DNA of 64,000 nucleotides from Diplonema japonicum (lineage: Eukaryota; Protista; Euglenozoa: Diplonemea), in the NCBI GenBank assembly GCA_964019335.1, contig OZ025750.1:252492-316491 (forward strand). Reading direction: 5' to 3'. A program made the translations under genes and the position numbers. Positions 10,514-22,193 of the stretch are shown piece after piece. Each line of letters starts with the position of its first letter. Within the stretch, counting starts at the first letter, position 1. The notes under the pieces were generated by a model, which worked only from the letters and a program-made list of their open reading frames with translations, was not told the origin of the DNA and made no database searches.

Positions 10514-11014
10514 CTATTTATTTTCTTTTTTCTTTTTTTTTTCTTCTCCCCCCCCCCAGCAAAAAGAAAGAACAATGAACAAAAAAATGAACTTGCTTGA
10601 TTCGGGTTTCTTTTGCCTAACAAGTCCCAGGAACATGGGGTTTCTCCTTTTTAAAGAAAAAAGAAAATTCATCTTCTTTTTGTTCGTCGCTCTCCCCCCT
10701 TTTTTTCCGCGTTTTTTTAAAAAAAAGAAAACATGGTGTTTTATTGTAATAAAGATATAAAAGAAAATGCTGCTCCTGTTTTTTTTTTTTTTTTTTTCCC
10801 CCCTTTTTTTTCTCTTCTTTCTTTTTTTTTTTTTCCCGCGCACTTACCCATTAAAAGGAGAGTTTCTTCTTTTTTTTTTCTTTTTTTTTCTTCTCTCTCT
10901 CTTTCTCTCTCTCCCTCTTCCTTCTCTTTTTTTATTTCATTTTCCATAAATCTCGCAACAGCACCCCCAGCAAAGGCTCCCCCCCCCCCCCCCCCCCCCG
11001 GAGAAGAAGAAAAG

Positions 11015-14000
11015 ATGCCGTTAGCAGTTTTCGTGGTACTGTACGTGAGCGGGGCCGTCACAACTGGTACAGGCAGCAGTTTGATGTGCAACGTGATGAA
11101 GGCGTGGGTGCAAGGGTATGAACATGGAGATGTGATGTATGAGTGCGAAGGGAGCGGCGAGGGCAAGGCAGCCTTGCTGGCAGGCACCGTCGACTTTGCC
11201 GGAACAGACTCCGAGTTCACGGAAGAAGAAACAAACAAGAACCCAGACCTACAGCTTGTCCCTGTCGTCGCCTCGTCCACCGCTATTGTATTCAACCTTC
11301 CAGGACAGGCATCTGTCACATTATCTCGCGACACGCTGTCGCTGATATTCTCGGGTGAGATGACAAGGTGGTCGGATCCCCGTCTTGTACATTTGAACCC
11401 ATTCCTCCATTTGCCCGACAGGGACATTGAGGTCGTGGTGCGGAATGATTCGTCCGGCAGCACCATGATCATGACCCGCGGGCTTGTTAGCTTCGGTTGG
11501 TCGGGAGGCGCGGCCACTTCAACATGGCCTCACCATTTGAGCTTCGCAACACGAATCCACGGTGGGCGTGATGTTCTCGCCTATGTCAGGCGGACCCCTT
11601 ATACGGTGTCGTACAACAGTGCGTCAGATGCCCTCTCTCATCAGGTCGCGTTTGCAAGTGTGGTCAACAAGCTAGGGGTCAGTACCCTCCCAGGATGGGG
11701 TGATGGTTCTGATGCCGCGTCTGACTTCACAGTGGACCCTGTGACATTGGTGAGCCGTGCAATCGACGGGCGGGGGTACCCCTTGACAGGGTTGTCTTAT
11801 ATTGCGTTCAGACGGGCCCCCTCTGCCTCTACCGCCGCGACGTGTTCCCTTCTTGATTTTGTGTACTGGCTGTGCACGAGCCCCGTGGCGCAAAGTATCA
11901 TAGTTTCCAGTTCGTTGACACCGCCGGGACATTCCACCACTAACAAAGCTCTGAGCAGTCTGCGTTCCTCGTGTGTGAACCCCCTGCCTGCGAAGCGTTT
12001 AGAACGTCCCATTCCCGTTTACACAAAGCCGCAGTTCGAAGAGACGCTGAATTCGATCGGTTTTATGTACCACAGCATCAGCAAGCTGCAGTACATCACC
12101 AAAGGCACGCCCGATGGAGCAAAGATGACCGTGGTTGTGAGCTTGACGCCCAGCACGGAGCAGGTAGCGATCCCTTTAGGAGTGGGTTTGTATGTAGTCG
12201 GGTGCAATCTAGGCATCAGTGCACCTTCGATTAAGCTCACGCTACAGACGATCAGTGACCTGTTCGTAAGGAAGATCGTCGACTGGAACCACGACTCCGT
12301 TCGAGACATGAACAGCTATGTACCAACGGGAAGCCGGAAGGTGGTGCTAGTAGGCGAGAGTGGAACGCAGTGGGCATCGATCATGCTCGACGCACTGGGC
12401 ACGGGTAACTTTTCTCCAGACGTGACCCTCGATTCGGTCGTGGAAGTCTGGGCTTACATACGGCAAAACCCTGGAACCCTTGCAGTGCTCCCCTATGAGA
12501 ATGTCAAGCAAAGAGACATCACACTGGTGCACCCCATCATGAGCGGTGTCCCCGTCGGTCCGTCACTGGAAAGCATTGGCGAAGCCATCACGCTTGATGT
12601 GTACAACGTCGGCTCTGGGGTTGCACGGCTCTCCCCATCACTGGCACGACTGTACCCTTTCTTCTATGTCGTCCACATTGTCGCTATGAAGAGCTTCTCA
12701 AGCGTACAGGAGTGTGAGTTCCTCTCATGGGCCAGTGGATATCCAAGCTCTGATAGTCATCTTGACAGGGCACTACAGAGCACCGGTCTTTACCCCATGA
12801 AGCGGGACGTCCTGCAAGCATTGCATGGGCAGTTGGTGGCGTGCAACGGAACTATACTGCTCCCTTCTCAAGAAGGTAGTTCGGACACCGGACTTGTCGG
12901 TGTGGGGTTTGGGCTTGCGGCGTTTGTTCTCGTGCTTCTTGTTGCGGCTTTGCTGAGGTGGCGAAAGATGCACGGCAGGTACAAGTCCCTGCACAGTGCG
13001 ACGGCGCTTGCAACAGCGATGGTAGAGGCAGTGACGTTGCTTGACTTCTCGTCGCTCGAGAACTTTGACAACTTACAGAACCCCGACACGATACAAGAGG
13101 CCATGATCTTCATCATGACTGCGATGAAGGAGCTCCTGAGGTACATCCCGCACTACGTCATCATGAGCGTGAGATTGGAAGAAAGGCCGCGCACTGAGTA
13201 CAGCCTAAGTAATTCCGTTCGAAGCATCCCCTCGCTGACCTCGAGGAGCAGGAACTCCCAGCAGGACGGCATCTGGAGCCTCAAGGAGAAGGCCGTGCGT
13301 GTCGTAACTGTTCTAACAGCAAGGCCGGTTTTAGTTGTTGTTGCGAAGCGTGATAGCACCATCGAGGACCTGCAGATGGAGTTCTTCTCGGCGATGATGT
13401 CCCTCATCGAACCCGATCCCTCTAGCATGTTGCATAGAATACACGAAGATAGCATGGTGGTTACATGGGGCAGCATAGGTGGTTATGTGAGCAAAACGAG
13501 AGTGGTGTATCTTGCGGAGCAGCTCGTGAAGACCGGGACTGGCGTTTCCGGTATTTCTGTCGGCCAGGCATACTGCGGGTCAATAGGAACCCGAAGCGTT
13601 CAATCCTTCCAGGTTCTGGGCCTCCCCATCGATGACTCCAGTACCTTGGCCAGGATTGCTCAGATTAGCGGGGCAGGGTGTTTGTTGCCGTCTGACTATT
13701 TGGCAAGCAATCCCACTTGCGTGTCGTACAAGTTCTTCTGCGTCTCAGCCGCTTCTAACGGGAAGCCTCTAACCGTTAGTATTTTGTTCACTGCGAAGGA
13801 ACCTGACACAAGTTGCGATTGGGCGAACACACCACAGGCGCAAGGACAGTCCGAAGGTCTACCGGCAGTATTCCGCTGTTTGCAAGAGCAGAATTATGGT
13901 TCGGTGAATGAGCACATCTCTGCTGCGCTGTCTCGTCAGCGACCCGAGAGGCTTGCCACGTGGCTCAGCGAAGCCATTCCGGTACTACTCCCACTTCTTG

Positions 14001-14131
14001 AGGCTTCTCATGAGGTAACTCTTGAGCCCGGAAGCTGCGGCAGCATCTATGTCAAGTCGGAAGGCGTCGTAGCGTCGCAGTCAGTTCGGTCTATGAAGGT
14101 ATATCACGACGGTGGCTCGGCATGGAGGTAG
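11015..14131 (+). CDS. Receptor-like protein: signal peptide, tandem PstS-like periplasmic binding domains, TM helix, degenerate class III cyclase domain
   Basis: PstS motifs GSGEGK..GTVDFAGTD, TLS..IFSGEMTRWSDP, RNDSSGST and YPL, with a second divergent lobe (TISDLF..IVDWN). TM GVGFGLAAFVLVLLVAALL. Cyclase-fold tail (LRYIPHYV...GISVGQAYCGSIG..FQVLG). ATG 11015 chosen because the upstream ORF part is a poly-T/C tract. Confidence 0.8.
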   Translation: MPLAVFVVLYVSGAVTTGTGSSLMCNVMKAWVQGYEHGDVMYECEGSGEGKAALLAGTVDFAGTDSEFTEEETNKNPDLQLVPVVASSTAIVFNLPGQASVTLSRDTLSLIFSGEMTRWSDPRLVHLNPFLHLPDRDIEVVVRNDSSGSTMIMTRGLVSFGWSGGAATSTWPHHLSFATRIHGGRDVLAYVRRTPYTVSYNSASDALSHQVAFASVVNKLGVSTLPGWGDGSDAASDFTVDPVTLVSRAIDGRGYPLTGLSYIAFRRAPSASTAATCSLLDFVYWLCTSPVAQSIIVSSSLTPPGHSTTNKALSSLRSSCVNPLPAKRLERPIPVYTKPQFEETLNSIGFMYHSISKLQYITKGTPDGAKMTVVVSLTPSTEQVAIPLGVGLYVVGCNLGISAPSIKLTLQTISDLFVRKIVDWNHDSVRDMNSYVPTGSRKVVLVGESGTQWASIMLDALGTGNFSPDVTLDSVVEVWAYIRQNPGTLAVLPYENVKQRDITLVHPIMSGVPVGPSLESIGEAITLDVYNVGSGVARLSPSLARLYPFFYVVHIVAMKSFSSVQECEFLSWASGYPSSDSHLDRALQSTGLYPMKRDVLQALHGQLVACNGTILLPSQEGSSDTGLVGVGFGLAAFVLVLLVAALLRWRKMHGRYKSLHSATALATAMVEAVTLLDFSSLENFDNLQNPDTIQEAMIFIMTAMKELLRYIPHYVIMSVRLEERPRTEYSLSNSVRSIPSLTSRSRNSQQDGIWSLKEKAVRVVTVLTARPVLVVVAKRDSTIEDLQMEFFSAMMSLIEPDPSSMLHRIHEDSMVVTWGSIGGYVSKTRVVYLAEQLVKTGTGVSGISVGQAYCGSIGTRSVQSFQVLGLPIDDSSTLARIAQISGAGCLLPSDYLASNPTCVSYKFFCVSAASNGKPLTVSILFTAKEPDTSCDWANTPQAQGQSEGLPAVFRCLQEQNYGSVNEHISAALSRQRPERLATWLSEAIPVLLPLLEASHEVTLEPGSCGSIYVKSEGVVASQSVRSMKVYHDGGSAWR

Positions 14132-14372
14132 CACGTGCATCGTTTCTGTCTTCCGACAGTTTATCTTGTTCAGTCTACATATTATACAAGTCAATCTTGG
14201 ATTCTGACCCAAGCACTGCCAATGAGGTTAGGTAGTTTCCCGATTTTCGCCGCTTTTTCTCGCTTCCGGAAAGCTTGTTTTTCGTCAGAAGACTTCTTTT
14301 GGCTTTGTCTCCATAACCTTATGATGAATTTCTTCTTATCATATTCACTTCCCACAGTTACCCTTTAACAAG

Positions 14373-15506
14373 ATGGCATATATGCAGCAGGCACAGAACT
14401 GTCAGCAGGCGAATTGGGAGCAGGACTGTCTCCCGCTGAATGAACCCTTCAGCGGGCATGGGAGCGAACTGATTAGGAGGCTCCCGCAGCCTGACGACAA
14501 CGACGAAAAGAAGAGCGGCAATGTGGTGGCAGTTGTGGTGACCATCAATGGCGGGGGGAGCTACGACCCGCTCTTCTCGGAGCAACCGCAAGTGGTCCCG
14601 GAGGGTGTGGTTCGTGTGTACAAGAGCTCCTTCGAGGCACTCCCTGTTTTGAGGAGGTACCTCACAGAGGACCCCACTGAGAAAGCCGCACTGCCCACAA
14701 CTCCCGACACAGCGGCCTTGGGGGTCATCGACGAGCTTCTGGAGAACATGACTACGGTAGGCGGCGAGGCAGTGGTCTTCAACTTCGAGTGCTGTGGGGG
14801 GTGCTCTGACGTGGGCTTCCCTGACACGAACGAAGTGTTCAGGTTTACAAAGACGGTGCTGGATAAGAAGTGCATGGTAATGTTCTCTGACTTCTCGTTG
14901 AAGGGGCTTATTGGGAAGTGGGACGCGGCGCTGCTGGGACCCTGCCCCTTCGAGAAGGTGGGGGAGCTGAACTCCGAGATGGACATCCGCTTTGACGTCG
15001 AGAAGCTCAAGTCTGAGGACTGCCCTTCGGCACAACTCACGAAGGTGGCTGAACTGTGCAAAGATGGAAAGGCGAAAGTGAAGGCGATGGGCGGAACCAT
15101 CATGTACAGCCTGAAGGGTGGAAAGGCCCCACCCGAGAGCGCACCCTACAAGCTTGATATCTTGACGGTGGTAACAGCTGTCGATGGGAATGGCTTAAAG
15201 GTTCCAAAAGAGTCGCACGTCACGTCAGGCGGCCACACCGGCATCCTTGGGCACACTTCTCTGTGCTACCCTTCAGGTGGGATCCTCTTCACGTCCAGTG
15301 GGCACTGGATCTCCCTTGCTCATCTTGACACTTCGCAGGAGAACTTGAAGAACGCTGTCATCTCACAGATGGGCGCTGAGAACTACTCCAGTTGGGAGAA
15401 GCAGTATGTCTCAGCGCCTGCTTCCCAGAAGTTTGGGATGATGCAGCAAAAGGCCGCCGAGTGTGTCTGGCAATCCGCCCCGTGCAAGTCCAAGTCCAAC
15501 TACTAG
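14373..15506 (+). CDS. Hypothetical protein, 377 aa, with a CCGGC motif
   Basis: Long ORF with coding-like GC3, ATG after a cacag site. No family recognised. Confidence 0.78.
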   Translation: MAYMQQAQNCQQANWEQDCLPLNEPFSGHGSELIRRLPQPDDNDEKKSGNVVAVVVTINGGGSYDPLFSEQPQVVPEGVVRVYKSSFEALPVLRRYLTEDPTEKAALPTTPDTAALGVIDELLENMTTVGGEAVVFNFECCGGCSDVGFPDTNEVFRFTKTVLDKKCMVMFSDFSLKGLIGKWDAALLGPCPFEKVGELNSEMDIRFDVEKLKSEDCPSAQLTKVAELCKDGKAKVKAMGGTIMYSLKGGKAPPESAPYKLDILTVVTAVDGNGLKVPKESHVTSGGHTGILGHTSLCYPSGGILFTSSGHWISLAHLDTSQENLKNAVISQMGAENYSSWEKQYVSAPASQKFGMMQQKAAECVWQSAPCKSKSNY

Positions 15507-15739
15507 CAGTTTTCCAAAAGGAGAAAAAGCTTAAAAACGCAAATGGAGGTACCCTAGCCTTTATCCCCCCTCCTGTTTTCTCTTTTTCGTTATGTAAGAT
15601 TTTTGTTCCAGTTTCCTGTCAGCAATGACGCGGATGATGGGAAGAGATTTTCCCTCCCTCTTTTTTTTCCTAGCCCGATTTTTCTTCTTTTTCTTTCCCC
15701 CTTTCCCCTTCAGCACGACAACACACAACAAAAAGGGGA

Positions 15740-17250
15740 GTGGGCCGGGGGGGGGAGGCCTCAATAGGCCAGATACATGTAACCGGACTCATAGCTGTGA
15801 CGACATTGGTCTCGATTACCTGCTCCGTTTTGGGGGGCGTGTGGATGTACGTGAAGTCTGTCGAGTCCCTAGAGAACGTAGCGAAAAGCACCTCGAAGAT
15901 CGAGGTCTTCCGCCTCCGCGAGAACATCCAGCGATCTTACGACGAGGTCATCGCAGCGAACCGAGAACTAGCAGAACTGTTCATGCCCGCCGAAGACCCC
16001 ATAGCAGTCCGCCTCGCCCGTTGTTCGAGACCCTGCAACAGACCGTATAAACGCTTCCATCGCAGAAATTGAAGACTGGAACAACAAAATCCGATGGCAC
16101 GCATGGTCCCGCGTAGCACGAAGCGACATCATCCAAGAAGTAGGCATCATCCTCACCCCTTGGGACCCTGCGGCACAATACACCCACATATGGTACGGGT
16201 TCGGGTCATGAGTAATGGCGACCGGGAGTACGTCTACGCCCGTTACGGTAAGCATTTAAACCCCCACGCGTACAATGAGTCAGCCGTTCCCTTTCAACGG
16301 CAAAGCATCATAACGCACGCGCTGCACATGGCGAACGGCAGTATCGATAAGTACGTATATAACTTTAGCTTCGCTCACGTCGAATGGCCCGCATTGTACC
16401 ACTTTCCCTTCAACGGGGATTTCAGTAAGTACACAACGGACACGTACCCCGGGGACGGTTTTTAAGAAGCGACGGGCGTGCGGTTTTGAAACGGTTCAGA
16501 AAGCCCTGCGCATCTGATGACAACCCTTACGCGTTTCAAGCGTATGACGAGGTGTACTCCCCGCCGCCTTTTCCACACCCATGGTCAGGTACAAACAGGT
16601 GTGGCTACAAACATATTTCGTCTTCGCGAACTGGGAGAAGGCGTTGACAGAGTTCGCAGCCACTAGCACGGACACCTCTCTCATGGTGTACGACATGCAC
16701 ACAGAAGTGGTCTACGCATCTACCACGGGACAGGCCATGGTCGACAAGTCTTGCTGGCTGCTGGATCGCAACACTGAGGGCAGGAAGGAGATAACCGACT
16801 GCGCCACGCTTGTGCGCAACATGTCTGGTAGTTTCATAGATGCGTGGCAAAGCGCGACCCTTATAAAAAACACAGGGTCGGGTAAATATAGGGAAAATAA
16901 AATTACTGATTCGGGTATTAAAGTCGACTTTCCCTTTCCCTTGGCGGGGATAACTATCCCTCGGCCAGTGAGCTTGCTCAAAAACCTCGAGATAGTTGAA
17001 AATCCCCGCCCGGGAAATAAAGTTGACTTTATTTCTACCCAAATCAATAGTTATTATCTTTCCTATCATAGTGAATCTTTTGACTCCTACAGAACTTTAG
17101 CTAAAAGCTGATGACGTGAAGGTTATTCTTTTCAGAATGCCCCCTTCCCCCCCCAGCCGTTTCTTTAGGATGAGTTTTGTTTCATTAAGCACCTTTTCGA
17201 TTTCTTATATTCAGACATGATTAGCGAAGGAACCCAGCTTCTGCCCGAGT
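15740..17250 (+). pseudogene. Frameshifted remnant of a TM plus extracellular sensor domain gene, probably a receptor-type cyclase
   Basis: Successive + strand ORF pieces in different frames (15740-16072 with TM GLIAVTTLVSITCSVLGGVWMY; 16094-16465; 16581-~16860), interrupted by stops and an AT-rich hairpin insert. No cyclase domain follows. Confidence 0.55.
16913..17040. mobile_element. Palindromic MITE-like insertion in the pseudogene
   Basis: gggta..aaagtcgacttt..ttccc..ggcggggat-aactatc pairs with gatagtt..atccccgcc-cgggaa..aaagttgacttt..taccc. Confidence 0.6.
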
Positions 17251-17441
17251 AGCTGGCACCTGCGTTGCCATCTCCACACATCCGGGTTCCCTCCTCAGCC
17301 CGAAGAAGTAGCTTCAGTCCACGCACGGTCGCTCGCCTCAGCATCACGCATAATGTCCAAGAGACAGAAGCACTCCTGGTCGTCCAAAGATAATTTGTTC
17401 TTTATTGTTGATCTTAACCCACACCACCCACAGGATACAGC

Positions 17442-20400
17442 ATGATAGCGGGTATTGCGGCAGTGTTCCTGTCGACGTTTGCTGTGCTGAATGAGTTCAG
17501 GAGCTTGGGTCCAGGGGCCTGTTTGGATGACGAAGGCCGGCAGTATGGTGTAGTGCGGTACTCTTCGCTTTTGAGCACGTCGGAGTGTCAGCAGTTGTGC
17601 GTTGAGATTGGCGGGACATGCGTGGGGTACACCTATGACAATTCGGGACAGCTACCTACTTGCGACATCTTCCATCGCCACGGTGGGCAGGACATGGTCA
17701 CGGCCTATCCAGGTCCGCACATGGAGGACGGCTACACACACCCAGGTGGGGGTGCAACGAGGTGGCCGAATCAGACCGACACCACGACCGGCGGGCCTTC
17801 CTGCATGGGGCGGCGGTCCCTCCCCTCAGACGCGAAGGCGATGTTCACCCCTGGCTGCTCCATCCTCCTGATGAGCGTGAGGAACGGCGCACAGCTTGGC
17901 TTCGGCAGCCAAGGCCAGATTTCCATCGGTTGGGGGAACCACATTTTTGTGGGAAGCGCCGATCCTTCCACTTCTGACTCCTTCACCCTGTCGATTCGCC
18001 CCCCAGAGGGAAGCCCTTCTTACCTGCAGCTCTGTGGGGCTACCGGGACCTATGTCTCGTCCGTGATTAACGTTCCTTGCACCGCCTTCTACATTGACAA
18101 GGTTGCAAGGGGTGGCAACGGGCAGGTGGCAGGGAGGACCGCAGCCACCACGCAAGAAAGTGGGCAATGGGCGATTTGGACATACTCAGAGGAGGGCAGC
18201 AGGGTGTATCTCAGCCTCGGAGGAGAGACCCCCGTTGGGAATGTAGGGAGGCACATGGGAGATGTCTTCTCGGACCTGCGGCAGGGCTCTCCGTTTTGTG
18301 GGTACAGGGACCTCGGTGAGGGGAGCTGCGCAGACGCTGAGGGCAGTTTGGTCCAGCACCTTGTTGTAAGCAACAATGGAGTGGAGGCCACGGAGGAGGT
18401 GTGCCTCAAGCTGTGCAGCACATTGAGCTACTACTGCTCGGGTGTTTCCCACCCCGACACTGACGGCGTGTGCAACCTGATGTTGCAGGACACAATAAAC
18501 GAGCACGTCTTCAAGTGGGCACTGACAGATGCTGGGTGGAGCACGAGCAATTTCAGCGGTTCGGTGACTGGGATTCCTGTGGGGGTGGTGCCAAGTTCCG
18601 GCAGCCGCTGTCACTCCGTGTCCACCCCTAACCAGCCTTGGCTCCGCACCGCGTGCACCGGGTACCTGAGGTCCACAACGGGCGACGAGCTACTCCTCTT
18701 CTCTGATGTGGTGTCTGGGGACCCGGAGCTGTCTTGGGGGAAGGGCACCCACAGCGACAGCTATTTCATCCAGCTCTCGGACGGGAGGTTCGTCACCACG
18801 TGTGGGGGGACGCTGGTTTTCAAAGGCTCGCGCTTCCCGGATGACTGCTTTGAGTGGACCTTTATAGACCACGGTGGGAAGGTGCAGATAGCCAGCTATG
18901 ACCTTTCTTCGAAGTGGCTGGTGATGCACTTGGATGGGCTCACTGATCTGGGCACGGCTGAGGCGCAGGCTGTGTCCTACTTTGTTCCTTCCCTCTCCGA
19001 TTCATGTCTAAGCTCAGGAGAGGATGCACCTACTCCGGTTCCCACCCCTGTCCCAACACCTCTTCCTACCCCTGTTCCAACTCCCCTCCCAACACCACTT
19101 CCAACTCCAGTACCAACACCACTTCCTACTCCTCTTCCCACCCCTGTTCCAACCCCCCTCCCCACACCACTTCCAACTCCAGTCCCAACACCTCTCCCAA
19201 CACCAGTTCCTACTCCTGCTCCAACACCAGCTCCCACTCCTCTTCCAACACCAGCACCTACACCACTTCCAACTCCAGTGCCAACACCACTTCCAACTCC
19301 TCTTCCCACTCCTGTCCCAACACCTCTTCCTACCCCTGTTCCAACTCCCCTCCCAACACCTGTTCCAACTCCCCTCCCAACACCACTTCCAACTCCTCTT
19401 CCCACTCCTGTCCCAACACCACTTCCTACCCCTGTTCCAACTCCCCTCCCCACACCACTTCCAACTCCAGTCCCAACACCAATTCCGACTCCTCTTCCAA
19501 CACCAGTTCCCACTCCTGCTCCAACACCAGCTCCCACTCCGCTTCCAACACCTGCTCCTGTTCCAACACCAGTTCCGACTCCTCTACCAACACCAGCTCC
19601 TACTCCGCTTCCTACACCAGTCCCAACACCAGCTCCTACCCCCGTCCCAACACCTGTTCCAACACCCCCTTCGACACCAGTCCCCACACCTGTTCCAACA
19701 CCAGCTCCTACCCCTGTCCCAACACCTCTTCCCACGCCACTACCGACCCCTGTTCCCACACCTGTCCCAACATCTCTTTCAACACCAGCACCCTCCCCTG
19801 TTCCAACGCCGATCCCGACGCCTGTTCCTACTCCTGTCCCAACACCAGCTCCTACTCCGCTTCCTACTCCTGTTCCTACCCCAGTTCCAACGGCCCTTCC
19901 AACACCAGCACCTACTCCTCTACTAACACCTGTCCCCACACTTGTTTCAACGCCTGTTCCTACACCTATCCCAACACCTCCTTCGACACCAGTTCCCACT
20001 CCTGTTCCAACACCAGCACCTACTCCTGTTCCGACACCAGTTCCCACTCCTGATACAACGCCGGTCCCAACGCCTCTTCCAACACCAGTCCCCACCCCTG
20101 ATGCAACACCAGTCCCTACATTCGGTAACGAAAAGTACGTTGTTTTCGAGGAGGCGGCAACAGGGTGGTCGGCAGGCAGTATCCGCGGTGGTGGGGCCTA
20201 CGTGGTGGTGCGCAGCAAGCTGGAGGGATTCAAGAAGGTTGACAGCTACAAGACGGTGATGGAGGCACTTGGGCAGTCGAGTGCGACGTCGCACGAGGGG
20301 AGGACGCTTGCCGTGGAGGGGGAGGTGCGGATCTCCACGGACATGGGCCCCGCCTCCTCTCCATTGGGCTTCGCGGTGGCCTTTGGGCGGAACGAATCGT

Positions 20401-22193
20401 TCGTGGCGGTGAGGTGGGTGAACGAGACGGAGCTCGAGCTGAGGGTGGGCGGTGCAGTGGAGTTCCGGGCTGACGTGGATGAGACCATCACGGTTGAGCT
20501 GGGGCCTTCCAGTTTTACTTCTGCTGCGATGTACCAGAAGCTGTGTGTGGAGGTAGCTGACGGGTGCAAACAACGCCTCGTGATCGGTCAGGACGTTCCT
20601 CAGCTTGAGGAAGCGACGGAAGAGGTTCTGGGAACGACGACAAGCACGGTGGCTGTGGCGTCGGTGGCGGTGTCTGGTGCAGCGAACGCCCCCGCCGGGG
20701 CAAACACTGGGACAAAGCTGATCCGTGCCTCCCTCCTGCTGACGGCCATCCAGTGCCCGAAGAGCTCGCCCAAAGACCTCGACAGAACGCTCCACCCCCT
20801 CCAGGCCTCCCTTGGGGGCGGCCCCTACAAGAGCTACTCGGGGGCCGCTGTGTTTAACTCTGTCGTGGTGTCTGGACTACTCTTGGGGTGTTTCCTGTTC
20901 TACGTGTGGCACTACGTGAAGTGGACCAGTCGGCGAGCACAGATGGATTTGAGTGATGTGGTGTCTGGCTCTGGGTCGGAGAACGGTCGGGGAGACAATG
21001 GCAAGGGGAAAGCGGCGACAACGACTTTGTTCAACAACGAGGCTCGCACAACGCTGATGCACAAGTCACGATTCGGGATGCTTCCCCTCCCTGCTGTGTT
21101 CCTGTACGGGGGCATCGTGATGGGGTGCACAACGCTCATCATGTACGAAGAGTCGGCGATGAAGACGATCGGGTGTGTGTGGATCGTTCTGGCGCTGCTC
21201 CTCCCCGCTTATGTGATCCATACGAACAGGCAGCTCGACAAGTACGCGACGTACAGGCAGCGTCGGTGGGGAGGGGAGGAGGAGCGGGTCGGCGGGGGCG
21301 GGAAGTGGGCGGACTTCTGGCTCGGTGTTCACGAGTGGGGCCCGAAGTACTTCAAGGACGAGTGCATCTCGTGGGTGGCCCTGCACAACATGTGCTTCCA
21401 CCACTACAGGTCGTCTGCGAGGCACTTCCTTGGGTTCGAGCTTGTGCACGTGACGGTTCTGGCTGTGGTGACGGCGTGGTCTCCGCAGGAGTGGAGCGGG
21501 TGCATGGCACGTGTGTCTGTGATGGGGGCGATGCCGTGCATTCTTCTGGTGAGCCTGCTGGTGGTGCGCCCTTACTGCAGGATGTACGAGAACGTGGCGG
21601 AAGCTGTTGTGGTCTTTCTAGAGGCATTGATGGTGGGCTTCACCTTCGTTGCGATGAACGAGGCACCCCGTGACCTGAGCCACTGGGCGGTGGCGCGTGC
21701 GGAGAACGTGTCCCAGGGGCTCGTGGTCGCGATCATCTTGAAGCTTGTGATGGATTTCGGTGTTTTCATCGCGAAGTACAAGGAGAAGCTCCCCGTGGCC
21801 CTCGGCGGGAGTGGCGAGACCATGCTGGGGAAGGAGGAGAAGAGACACGCTGCGGAGAAGATGAGGCTGAGGATGGACGAGGAGGTTGCTGTTGCTGTGG
21901 CTTCGAATGGATCACTGGCCCGGTGTACCGCCTCCGTGGGCGAGCTCGACGGGGTCTGGGAGGCAGACGGTGTGAGGTTCAGGTGCACCGACGGTGTCTG
22001 CGAAGGAGTGGGTTGGACCGTGTCCAGGGAGGAGCACAGGACCACACTTCATCATGGTCCGGACTATGTTGCCTTCCTTGATGCTTTCTCCACCAGGGAG
22101 GCCCAGTGGAGCAACGGCACAGTGTGGGTCCGAGCACACCTTCCGGAGCATCCTGGCACTGTATATGGTCTTGCGTCACCTGGGTGTCCTTAG
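17442..22193 (+). CDS. Surface protein copy 1: signal peptide, two PAN/apple-like Cys modules, PT-repeat stalk, multi-pass TM C-terminus
   Basis: 1583-aa ORF. Cys modules ECQQLC..CVGYTY..C and VCLKLC..CSGVS..C. Long (PTPx)n stalk and several C-terminal hydrophobic helices. Confidence 0.88.
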   Translation: MIAGIAAVFLSTFAVLNEFRSLGPGACLDDEGRQYGVVRYSSLLSTSECQQLCVEIGGTCVGYTYDNSGQLPTCDIFHRHGGQDMVTAYPGPHMEDGYTHPGGGATRWPNQTDTTTGGPSCMGRRSLPSDAKAMFTPGCSILLMSVRNGAQLGFGSQGQISIGWGNHIFVGSADPSTSDSFTLSIRPPEGSPSYLQLCGATGTYVSSVINVPCTAFYIDKVARGGNGQVAGRTAATTQESGQWAIWTYSEEGSRVYLSLGGETPVGNVGRHMGDVFSDLRQGSPFCGYRDLGEGSCADAEGSLVQHLVVSNNGVEATEEVCLKLCSTLSYYCSGVSHPDTDGVCNLMLQDTINEHVFKWALTDAGWSTSNFSGSVTGIPVGVVPSSGSRCHSVSTPNQPWLRTACTGYLRSTTGDELLLFSDVVSGDPELSWGKGTHSDSYFIQLSDGRFVTTCGGTLVFKGSRFPDDCFEWTFIDHGGKVQIASYDLSSKWLVMHLDGLTDLGTAEAQAVSYFVPSLSDSCLSSGEDAPTPVPTPVPTPLPTPVPTPLPTPLPTPVPTPLPTPLPTPVPTPLPTPLPTPVPTPLPTPVPTPAPTPAPTPLPTPAPTPLPTPVPTPLPTPLPTPVPTPLPTPVPTPLPTPVPTPLPTPLPTPLPTPVPTPLPTPVPTPLPTPLPTPVPTPIPTPLPTPVPTPAPTPAPTPLPTPAPVPTPVPTPLPTPAPTPLPTPVPTPAPTPVPTPVPTPPSTPVPTPVPTPAPTPVPTPLPTPLPTPVPTPVPTSLSTPAPSPVPTPIPTPVPTPVPTPAPTPLPTPVPTPVPTALPTPAPTPLLTPVPTLVSTPVPTPIPTPPSTPVPTPVPTPAPTPVPTPVPTPDTTPVPTPLPTPVPTPDATPVPTFGNEKYVVFEEAATGWSAGSIRGGGAYVVVRSKLEGFKKVDSYKTVMEALGQSSATSHEGRTLAVEGEVRISTDMGPASSPLGFAVAFGRNESFVAVRWVNETELELRVGGAVEFRADVDETITVELGPSSFTSAAMYQKLCVEVADGCKQRLVIGQDVPQLEEATEEVLGTTTSTVAVASVAVSGAANAPAGANTGTKLIRASLLLTAIQCPKSSPKDLDRTLHPLQASLGGGPYKSYSGAAVFNSVVVSGLLLGCFLFYVWHYVKWTSRRAQMDLSDVVSGSGSENGRGDNGKGKAATTTLFNNEARTTLMHKSRFGMLPLPAVFLYGGIVMGCTTLIMYEESAMKTIGCVWIVLALLLPAYVIHTNRQLDKYATYRQRRWGGEEERVGGGGKWADFWLGVHEWGPKYFKDECISWVALHNMCFHHYRSSARHFLGFELVHVTVLAVVTAWSPQEWSGCMARVSVMGAMPCILLVSLLVVRPYCRMYENVAEAVVVFLEALMVGFTFVAMNEAPRDLSHWAVARAENVSQGLVVAIILKLVMDFGVFIAKYKEKLPVALGGSGETMLGKEEKRHAAEKMRLRMDEEVAVAVASNGSLARCTASVGELDGVWEADGVRFRCTDGVCEGVGWTVSREEHRTTLHHGPDYVAFLDAFSTREAQWSNGTVWVRAHLPEHPGTVYGLASPGCP
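19029..20120 (+). repeat. Coding 12-bp tandem repeat, Pro-Thr-Pro-(Leu/Val/Ala)
   Basis: ccNacNccNNNN units throughout the interval. Confidence 0.95.

Noticed and set aside
10733-11014. N-terminal extensions of ORF-track calls (also 3368-3460 and 39757-39900)
   Set aside because: Low-complexity pyrimidine tracts. Downstream ATGs give a signal peptide or a paralog-aligned start.
18977-20095. Long antisense GVGT-repeat ORFs and alternate-frame Ser/Asn/Thr or FQH ORFs (also 25491-26590 and 32435-33142)
   Set aside because: Shadows of the Pro-Thr codon repeat, which lacks stops in other frames. No independent coding evidence.
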